Shown here piece by piece: positions 53,851 through 64,000 of a stretch of 64,000 nucleotides of DNA (its first letter is position 1; every line of letters starts with the position of its first letter). This DNA comes from Marsupella aquatica (taxonomy: Eukaryota; Plantae; Marchantiophyta), in assembly GCA_973895155.1 (NCBI GenBank), contig OZ316894.1:20776451-20840450 (forward strand), given 5' to 3'. A program made the translations under genes and the position numbers. The notes under the pieces are model-generated. The model saw nothing but the letters and a program-made list of their open reading frames with translations. It was not told the origin of the DNA and ran no database searches.

Positions 53851-54524
53851 CAAATTTTCATCACAGTGGCAAAATACCTTGGTGCTCATTTAAATTTGTT
53901 TTTTAAAATACCATTTGATTAGCCCAAACCTCCTCCCTGACTCGCCAACCTCCCTGTGAGTCTCCTTTGTATCACCACTTCCTCGATGTCCATGCCTTGC
54001 GTTCCCCCTTTGCGGTCGGCCCCACCATTTGTGCCTCACCCATGCCACTCATGCAATGCACGGGTATTGCGGTTGTTTAACTCTATAATCATAATGTGAA
54101 CCTACTCTTCAGGGCCTACTGTGTATAGTGAAGCCCCTCAACTGTGACTTGTGGGATGTGAGTAAAGTTAAGGGTGCCAGTGAAGAATAGGGAGTGGGGC
54201 CAGGTTGACCATTTGAAAATGACCGAGTGTGTGAGGAGTCACTGACTATAAACCAATTGAGCCTTAATTGGTGAATGGGCAAGGCTTTGACATACTCACC
54301 TCTATTTATGTTCAAAGAATGGACACTAAGGATACTTTGACTACTAATTGCAATCAAAAGTTACACTCAAGAGAGCCTATGGTTTGGAGTGAAGCCTCTC
54401 GACCATGACTCTTGGGTTGCGACAAGTATTAGGGTGAGGCAACTGGTGGGGATGGCAACCATGAGGCTAGTTTACTAAAATGGATGAAGCAAAGCACAAT
54501 GGAGTGAAAGTGCAAAATGCAAAT
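53851..54524. repeat. Copy 1 of a ~670-bp segment duplicated across copia element 2
   Basis: Matches 60495-60921 plus 62396-62645, with about 20 differences counted by eye. Confidence 0.92.
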
Positions 54525-57500
54525 TGTGGGGAGAAATCAGATCAGGAAAAACACTCCAAATATACACTTGCTCAATAGTTACGTGCTTCGCCCCAAGGTT
54601 GGCTACATCCACGGGAAGACAAAGCTTTATTAACGGTTATGTGTCTACTCAAGCATTACAATAGCTCTCATCTCTTGCTATATCCTTGTGTTCTCTCTTG
54701 AGAACTCTCTTTTGTGTTCTCACACCACATAGAAGTTGAAGAGATAAGGACCAATCTCTTCAACTAGGGTTTACTCTAACCCTAGTTAACATTCTAACCA
54801 TAGTTCAACCCAAGACTGAGTCAACCTCTACAAACTCCCCCTTGACTCATGTCTTGGGAGGGTTCATAACATTGTCTTTTCCTTACAAGTTCCTCCGCAA
54901 GAAGTTCAAGACAGTAGGGCCAAAAGGCCCTCCCCCTAATGCAAGGGTTAATTAGAACTAAGTTGTAACCGATAAGCCATCGGATGGAGTACTCATATAG
55001 AGATAGTTTCTTGGTTAACTCTATATTTACAATATTTATAAATAATTACAATGCCTTGAAAAACTATTGGAGTCTAATACTTTGGTAAAAGCATCCGTTG
55101 CATTAAGCTTTCCATCAATCTTGACAAGCTCAAATTCATCATCCGATAATGCCTATCGGATGAAATGATAACGGACATCAATGTGCTTTACCCTGTCATC
55201 CATCACCTGATTCTTGGCAGTGTAAATTGCACTTTGACTGTCATAGTGAAGATATACACAATCTTGTGATAATCCAATTTTCGTGACAAGCTTTTTCAAC
55301 CAAATAGTCTCTGATGCTGCTTCTGCTGCCGCTACATATTCGACATCCATAGTAGACTTTGCAACACACTTTTGGAAAGTAGACTTCCAACTAATGCATC
55401 CACCAGCAAGTGTAAATACATATCCAGTTGTTGATTTCCTCTTATCCACATTACCTTCTTAGTGGAACCTTTGATGTAGCGCAAAATCCATTTCACTGCT
55501 TCCCAATGAACTTTTCCTTGATTTGCCATGTATCTGCTTACCTTGCTAACGGCATAAGCTATGTTTGGTCGGGTGCATACCATGAGATACATTAAACTAT
55601 CCACAATACTTTTATAAGGAACTTTGGACATCAAACTTTTTTATGTTGCATCCAATAGAAAAAATGCTGCAGAAAATATTAAAATGCCTTGCCACAGGAA
55701 CACTCACAGCCTCAGCATCTGCCATGTTGAATTTTGAGAGCATTTTCTCTGCATATTTTGTTTGCGTTAGCCAAAGTTTAGTTTTGTTCACATCCCTAAC
55801 AATCTCCATGCCTAGGATCCTTTTGGCTGTGCCCAAGTCCTTCATCTTAAACTCAGAACTGAGTTGGGCCTTAGGCTTATCAACTTCGCCCCTATCTTTT
55901 GTTACAATGAGCATGTCATCCACATAAAGTACAAGGATGACAAACTTAAAACCTGTGTTGTTCACACGTTTGATGTAAACACATGGATCGTACACGCTTC
56001 GCACAAATCCAAGCAATTTCAAAAATTAATCAAAATGCTTGTTCCACTGCCTTGGGCTCTGCTTTAATCCATACAAGGATTTTAGCAATCTGCATACCAA
56101 ATTTTCTTTGCTCTTTTACACAAAACCCTCTGGTTGCCTCATGTAAATCACCTTATCCAACGATCCGTATAAGAATGTCATGACAACATCCATTTGATCT
56201 AAAACCAGATAAAATAAAACTACAAGAGCACATAGCAAAAGTATTGTTGAATACTTTGCTACGGGTGAAAAAACCTCATTGTAGTCTATATCTTTATGTT
56301 GAGTAAAACCCTTGGCTACCAATCGAGCCTTAAATATCTTCTCAGCATTCTCTGTGGATCCATCTTTTTTCCTATACACCTACTTGTTGTCAACAGCCTG
56401 TTTGTCACTAGGTAGACTTGTGAGTTCCCAAGTCTTGTTATCATGAAGTGATTTCATTTCCATGCGCATCGCCGCTTGCCACTATAATTGCTTCTCCATA
56501 GAAGCTAGGACCTCTCTAAATGAGGATGGATCTCCATCTTATGTTACCAATGCATCAATAGATTCTGCATCCAAATCCACTTGATCAGAAGGAAGCCAAG
56601 TTCCATACCTTTTCCGGATTTGACGTTTGCGAGTTCCTCTTCGCACTGAAAACTCTGGCTGATCTGATTGTAGTGTGCTTTGCCTTATAGTGGTGTCAAC
56701 ATATTCTTTATCTGACACCTCTTTTCCTTTTAAATCCTCTAGAGGAGGAGATTGCTCTTTGTTAGTAGTAAAGAATTGATTTATCTCCCCCTCCTTCAAT
56801 GATTTTTCTTTATTGAATGATACATCGTGACTAACAAGTAACTTGCAATCAACTGGATCCCACAATCAATAACCTTTAACTTCACGTTGATAACCAAGAA
56901 AAATGCATTTATGGGCTCTAGGATCTAGCTTAGTCCTATTATTGCTAGGAACATGTGCATATGCTTCACAGCCAAAAACTCTAAGCTTTGAATAATCAGC
57001 AGGTCGATTGTGCCATAGCTCTAAGGGGGCTTTGTAAGTAATTGCCCGACTAGGAGAGCGATTTACTAGATAAGCAACAATGTTGACAGCTTCCGCCTAA
57101 AAGATGTGTGGCAATTTAGAATGGCTCAACATGCTCCTTGCTCACTCCAATAATGTGCAATTGAGTCGCTCAGCAACACCATTTTTCTCAGGAGTGTACA
57201 CAATTGTGAGATAGTGAGTAATATTTGCACAATACGTGTTGAACTCGCCAGAAATGTATTCACCACCATTATCTGATCGTATATATCTCACATTCTTTGT
57301 AGTCTATGTCTCAACTTGAGCTACCCATTGTTTGAAGATAGAAAACACTTCAAACTTATGGGCAATGAAATAAATCCAAACAAACCTTGAGTAATCATCG
57401 ATAAACAATACATAGTAGTTTTTACCTGAATGTGAGGAAATTGGAGCAAGATCCCACACATCATAATGAATATACTCAATTACAACTTTAGAATGATGAA

Positions 57501-60475
57501 TGGCAGTCAGAAATGAAATTCTTGTTTTCTTGTCGACAATGCAATGATCACAAAAACTCAACTTGCACACTTGCAATCCTGGTAGGAGATGTCGCTTGTG
57601 AAGATTTCCAAACTTTTTTCACTCATGTGACCAAACCGAGCATGCCATAAATTAATTTTCTCCTCTTGAGATGTGATCAAATTTATTTCGGCAAGAAGGG
57701 TGGTGCCTTCCAAGACATATACGTTTCTTTTTCTCTTGCCAATAAGAACTTCATTTGATCCCTGCATGACTGTTAACACCCAAGCAATTGCACTCCATTG
57801 ATAACCCTTCGCATCCAAGTAGCCAAGAGAAATTAAATTTTTACACATTTCTAAAATGTGTCTGATATTTGATGGAGTACAATACTTGCCAGCGGGTAGT
57901 TGAATCTATATGGATCTAATCCCTAAAAATTTGCAAGAATGATTATTTCTCATCAAAACAGATCCGTTGATAGGAGTGTAGGATGAGAAAAGCTCACGCA
58001 TATAACACATGTGATACGAGCAAACGGAATCCAAAATCCATTGACAATCCTCAACTTGGGAAGTGGTACACAATGCAAATCCCTCACTATCCTCTTCTTG
58101 AATGACTACTTGGACTGAAAAACCGACAACTTCCTTGAATGTGTCTTTGACGCGATAATCCTTCTTCATGTGGCCCACTTTGTCACACTTCCAACACTTT
58201 ATCTCATGAGTAGACTTGGATGGTGATTTGGATTGAGATCTAGATCTAGATCTAAACCTCCTCCTACCAAAAGATCGGTCCTGGAGCCTTTTTTGCTCCA
58301 TGGGAAGTGGATTAAACCTTTTATTTTTATGAAATGGCTCCCTTATCTTGCCTCTTTCTACCAACAATGTTGTTGATGATGAGCTTGAGGTAGGATGAAC
58401 TGAAGAAACCAGCTTAGATTGCATATCATCAGTCAACAGGGCACTCACCACATCATTGTAGGATATAGTTATCTTATCACGAAATAGAAGAACTCGAGAC
58501 AAAGATTAGTATGAAAGTGAATTGAAAGGCTTTCTTTCTTCACTCAAATGCTCCTCCAAATTTTCTAGGTCAATCACAAGATCATTAAATTGATTGATAT
58601 GATCTTGAATCTTGACTCTTGACTCCATCAGCCATTTTGAATAGCATGAGCTTCAGGCTTGCATACATTCGATTTGACATGTCTTTCTTGTAGTATTTGT
58701 TGTGTAATGCTTGAAACAAGTTTGTCACCGTTTGTGTTGATTTTTACTCAAACTACTTCTTCACATTGTTTTTCAGATACATGCCAACAATGTTTACCGC
58801 TTGATCCTCGAGATCATGTCAATCATCATCTTCCATCTCCTTGGGTTGAGATCTTAGTACCTTGCTTAGGCCCATCGCCCTAAGTACATTCCTCACGTTA
58901 CGTCCCCACATTGTATAGTCCATTCGATCATCAAAATTTTCCACCTCAAACCTTTGACCTCCAATCCTATTAGTCGCCATCATTGAAATGCCGAATGTAG
59001 TGTGGAGGCGCCTTTCGACAAGAAATAAACATCGAATGCTCAGATGTGGGGTGTGAAAATAAGGCCGAAAATGAAAGTTGGTGAATTTTGAAACTGATCA
59101 CTTCTATGTGTAGCCCACAAGGTAATGCTCCAAATTCCGAAAACGGTTTGTCAAATGAACTCTTGAGTGCCAAGAATTTTTACTTCAAATGGATGGGGGT
59201 AAAAGATGAAATAATCACCCCACGAGGAAATCTATTATGCCAAAGATTCCACTAGTATACTTTTTCAAAATTGAACGCACCAATACTTGCCTAGCTTCCC
59301 CAAGTATGTCTCTCCAAAAGTTGAAGTTGATCTGATTTTGTTTGTCACTCGGAATCTTTGACCTTCGGTAAAAATTGAAGCCTCTAGAAAATAATCTTTT
59401 CGGGAAACTCCATCCGCCCTTGTACAGCCCCTGTGGAGGAAATTCACAGGGGGCACTCCCCCCTGCCCAGAGCCCTGTCGAGCCCTAAAAGGCCTCACTC
59501 AAAGTTTTTGACCTCCTCGCGCGTCCGCGGAAGTCGTGACTACTCGCGGTAGAACATACCCCTTAGTGGATTCACTCAAATTCCCGTCTCAATTTTTGAC
59601 AAAATCTAAATCTGATTGCAGATTCAAAAACTAGACTTTGAGGGCATCAAGATCAATATAAAGAACTCTCAAAACGGTGGAGAATTGAGGGAGAAACAAA
59701 TAGGTGAAAGTGATTTATATTAACTTATCTCCCATAGCCAAAATTTTGAGCTCAAAATTGAAAATTCAAATTGAGATTACTTATCAACCGTTTAACAGAA
59801 ATCAACAATGTTAATGTCAAAGTGTCCAAAAAGATGAGGTGTTCAAGTGTATCTTAGTTTCAAGTCCCGAAAGAACAATAAAAAAGATTGATATTAGAAA
59901 TTAAACTTATCTCTTGCCCAATAGCTCAAATTGGAAAACCGTCACTTGTAATTGTTTCCGTTTCGGACCACATGCCATCATTGCTTCACTGAAATAAGCC
60001 CCTAGTTGTGTGCTCCACACTTGTGAGAAGATTGAGTCCGATCTCCTTCCAATAGCTCCGCTTCAAAGAGGAAGATTTTTGTTGTTCGCTTCACTTAAAG
60101 CAAGTTCTATGGAGTTCCTAATCAGCTGAGAAAGCTTGAGCTCTGATATCGATTGTGGGGAGAAATCAGATCAGGAAAACACTCCAAACATACACGTGCT
60201 CAATAGTTACGTGGTTCGTCTCAAGGTCGGCTATGTCCACGGGAAGACAAAGCTTTATTAATGGTTATGTGTCTACTCAAGCATCACCATAGCTCTCATC
60301 TCTTCAAACTCTCATCTCTTGCTATATCCCTGTGTTCTCTCTTGAGAACTCTCTTTTGTGTTCTCACACCATATAGAAGTTGAAGAGATAAGGACCAATC
60401 TCTTCAACTAGGGTTTACTCTAACCCTAGTTAACATACTAACCATAGTTCAACCCAAGACTGAGTTAACCTCTAC
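54525..60475 (-). mobile_element. Degenerate Ty1/copia LTR retrotransposon (element 2, related family)
   Basis: LTRs at 54525-54832 and 60154-60475 differ by about 15 substitutions and a 16-bp duplication. PPT at 54833-54842 and a decayed PBS near 60140-60151. Fragments of gag, PR (WILDSVC), IN, RT (YVDDML) and RH carry many stops. No 5-bp TSD. Confidence 0.95.
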
Positions 60476-60494
60476 TGTTTTTAAAATTTAGCCC

Positions 60495-62645
60495 AAATTT
60501 TCATCATAGTGGCAAAATATCCTTGGTGCTCATTTAAATTTGTTTTTTAAAATACCATTTGATTAGCCCAAACCTCCTCCCTGACTCGCCAACGTCCCTG
60601 TGAGTCTCCTTTGCATCACCACATGCCTCGATGTCCATGCCTTGCCTTCCCTCTTTGCGGTCGGCCCCACCATTTGTGCCTCACCCATGCCACTCATGCA
60701 ATGCATGGGTATTGCGGTTGTTTAACTCTATAATCACAATGTGAACCTACTCTTCAGGGCCTACTATCTACAGTGAAGCCCCTCAACTGTGACTTGTGAG
60801 ATGTGAGTAAAGTTAAGGGTGCTAGTGAAGAATAGGGAGTGGGGCCAGGTTGGCCATTTGAAAATGACCGAGTGTGTGAGGAGTCATTGACTATAAACCA
60901 ATTGAGCCTTAATTGGTGAATAGGAGTGGTGGACCTAGTCACCCAGCGCCCTCACCAATCCCAGCACTTGCACCTAAGTGCCCTTGGCGCCCGAACGCCT
61001 CCACAAAATACCTTGAGCAAGCATCCAAGTGCCTCTAGCACCACCTGCGGCCCCTTCCATACGAAGCCGTACTTGCTCACCTACACGACCGCTACTCAAC
61101 GGTCCTCACTGTCTGCACAAACAACCAAGCACCTAGGTAAGTAACCCCTCCGGATCTAGAACCCGCCCAGTCTAGCATCCTAACTCAAGCTCAATAGACG
61201 TTGGTAAATAGGTCAGCGATAGGTCCTCTCGATGCCATAAGTCGGAACCAGAACCCACGCCCACTGTCCATCCAGGACAACTCCTTCCTTGGGTGCGGCC
61301 CGGGTTCTTCCTCGTACCTATCCATCACCAACTGACCGCCCTGACCTCAAGACATGCTCATGGCCCAAATAACATAGCTTGTCCTAAAGCTTGTCCCAAG
61401 CTTATCTCAACACGTCGGGACCAGAACGGCCCCAACTCTAACACCCACTCCTGGTTTGCCCCACTGATGGTCTAGGGACCGAGCGCCCTTGGGACTCAGC
61501 CTCCATACCTACTTGGCCTTGCCTCCCCAACGCAAGCTCCCTTGGGAGGCTGAACGCGGCTTGGCTGCTGTTCGGCAGGATTTGGCAAACGGGCGAGCTA
61601 ACACCCGCAAACCACGAGAACCCATGGCACCCCTAGACCCAGCTGAGCTTAGAGCTTTCCAACGCACCTAAGAAGTCCTCCAACAGACTTCCCGTTGGAA
61701 AGATATCGCCATTTCCGTTTGGCTGTTTCCCTTAGTGTCGTGACAGCCGCGGCTCACGACTTCGGCTTGCCCTTAGCCCCCAGGGAGACACCACTCCCCT
61801 CATATATGCTTCTGGGGATGCCACCCCCGGACCAGCTTTGGTCCCTAAACATTTGGCCCCAAACCCGGATCCCATCGCGCATAATGGGCGCGCCACCAAC
61901 TGGCAACGCCCATAACTTTCTTGATAGGCATCCGCAAGCGGAGTGCCTTAGCCCGTTGTTACCGGGCCGACCCCATGCTCATGCCTAGGCCCTCAGGTCT
62001 GATCGCCGCTCGGGGCCCCTGACCGGCCCAACCCGGATCGGGCCACAACTTGCGCCCCAAGTGTCCATTGCCCATGGCGTCAACTCCATTGGCCTTGGGC
62101 CCAAGAGGAGCTCACTTCCAAACCCTCAGAACTCAAAGCCCCTCCGACAGTCCGGACGACCATCCTTGAGCCCGACCCATTTCTCCTTGACCCTACTAGC
62201 CATAGGCTAGTCCAAGTCCTTAGTGTGTGTGTCCCCAACTTGGCCCCTTGCCTCGCTAGTGCCACGTCTCATTGCCCACAAGTCTCCCCATGTTAAGTCC
62301 TCCCCGTGGCCTATCCGGGCTTGGACCATAAGGGAGCTCGGCGTCGGAGTCAGCGACGCCGGAGCTAAGTGTTAAGGTAGTCGAGTTCTGCGACTATGGG
62401 CAAGGCTTTGACATACTCACCTCTATTTATGTTCAAAGAATGGACACTAAGGATACTTTGACTACTAATTGCAATCAAAAGCTACACTCAAGAGAGCCTA
62501 TGGTTTGGAGTGAAGCCTGTCGACCATGACTCTTGGGTTGCGACAAGTATTAGGGTGAGGCAATTGGTGGGGATGGCAACCATGAGGCTAGTTTACTAAA
62601 ATGGATAAAGCAAAGCACAATGGAGTGAAAGTGCAAAATGCAAAT
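60495..62645. repeat. Copy 2 of the duplicated segment, interrupted by an insertion
   Basis: Continues into gaggtacac after ...gcaaat, which shows the empty copia insertion site. Confidence 0.9.
60922..62395. mobile_element. Unclassified 1.47-kb GC-rich insertion
   Basis: Absent from copy 1 (gtgaatgggc). Junctions gtgaat|aggag ... cgact|atgggc share only AT. Two hairpins at the right end. No TIR or poly-A. Confidence 0.85.
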
Positions 62646-62790
62646 GAGGTACACATTAGACAAATTGAAAAGAAGAGGTTGAATCCAAACCCCAAATTAA
62701 ACCTAGAAGCCACAAAACTCTTTGTAAAGGCCCATTTGTTTTGGACCTGAAACATTGGTGACTTCCTTTGGGAACAAGCATAGGAGTGCA

Positions 62791-63134
62791 TGTTTAGCAT
62801 AGACGACATTCGTAACAGCAAGCCCATGAACCATCTAACGCACAATAGTTGACACAGAGAGATACGTGGTTCACCTCCATATGAGGCTACCTCCACGAGA
62901 ACACACAAGAGCTTTACTGCATTCTAGGCCGACCGGCCATACCAAGCATCCACAGTACAAGCTCTCCCTATCTCTCAACTAGTTCTATAACAATGAGCCT
63001 AAGTTCCACTGGGGTCTGGCATCAGCCCTGGCTATATGCACAACAGCACTACCGCTAACATTAGCTAAGTCCTAACCCGAGTTAGTCTAACTGTAGTTAG
63101 CTCATGAGTCACAAGACTAAAGCAATATCTAACA
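62791..63134 (-). mobile_element. Solo LTR of the copia element 1 family
   Basis: 344 bp, TG...CA ends, alignable end to end with 3021-3364, TSD GTGCA on both sides, no PBS or PPT. Confidence 0.95.
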
Positions 63135-63156
63135 GTGCACAGAAGAATTTCCTCCG

Positions 63157-63884
63157 TTCCCCACCATCCCCCACATTTCCTTTTCTACACAATCTAAACA
63201 CTATTATATGCAATCTCACCTATGCCCAAAGGAAGTCACCAAAATGAGTGCAATTGAGGCAAGGAAATTCTTTGGGCATCTTATGTGTCATCAATGTAAG
63301 AAAATGTCTTCAAGGCAAGAAAGTCATCAAGACACATGAGTGTTATGGAGGCAAGGAAGTGTGGTCAATGGTGGTGTTGATTATTGGGGTTGATACAAAA
63401 CTGTTCTCAAAGCAAATTTAATCAAGTCAATGGCGCCACACATAAGGTTGGGCCATGGCACACTGCGGTGTTGATGGTCATTTGTCAGGAGGGCGAGCTA
63501 TGGCGGGGCTACGCATGGGAAAACAAAGGCAAGGGTGAGGCAAGAAGCAAGAGGCAAGGGCAAGGTAGGAAACAATTGTAGGGGGAGGCCAAAAATCATG
63601 CACAAGGAGGGGGCAGAGGAGATGGTCAGAGGACATGCAAGGACGAGGTTGCTTGGGACAGGTGAAGCCCACAAGGGATTAGGAGGGGGTTTTGGTCTGA
63701 TCCAACAGCGCAGATAAATCATGTTGTCATTTAACGCAATGATTGACTCCCACCTAGCGCAGATTGCTTTTTGTAACCAGACAACATGGAAACTGGTGAG
63801 ATTAAGTGTGAGTTAAGGGTGAGATTGCATATAATAGTGTTTAGATTGGGTAGAAAAGGAAATGTGGGGGATGGCGGGGAGAAC
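63157..63884. mobile_element. TIR-bounded non-autonomous DNA element (MITE/MULE-like)
   Basis: The ~63-bp arm ccatcccccacatttccttttctac.caatctaaacactattatatgcaatctcacc (63157-63220) is inverted at 63818-63884. Confidence 0.7.
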
Positions 63885-64000
63885 ATATGTGAGGTGGGGG
63901 AGAAAATTTTATTCTATTGCGGGGAAAAATGGGAGGTAGGAAAAGATGTAAAGGGATGTTGGGCAAAAGAAGATGAAGGGTGGGGGAAGGAAGGAAATTT

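Overview
Nuclear DNA of a land plant. A non-seed plant such as a bryophyte or liverwort is my inference from gene architecture and one bryophyte-type pseudogene. There are three intact spliced genes, all on the minus strand: a GT64/EPC1-like glycosyltransferase (21137-22846), an organelle-type alkaline/neutral invertase (30435-33988) and a phage-type organellar RNA polymerase RpoT (44112-51915). Mobile DNA comprises two Ty1/copia elements (3021-8832 with a TSD; 54525-60475 without one), a solo LTR of the first family (62791-63134), LINE remnants, foldback/TIR elements and many short tandem duplications. Most notable: (1) an old, intron-containing RpoT duplicate at ~18989-21010, inverted relative to the gene, in which a recent inversion-duplication made a near-perfect 128-bp hairpin; (2) the second copia is flanked by a ~670-bp duplication with a templated junction instead of a 5-bp TSD; (3) an unclassified 1.47-kb GC-rich insertion has terminal hairpins and a twister-ribozyme-like motif; (4) a frameshifted ParB/Srx-like gene. 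All alignments, exon boundaries and mismatch counts were made by eye and may be off by a few nucleotides.
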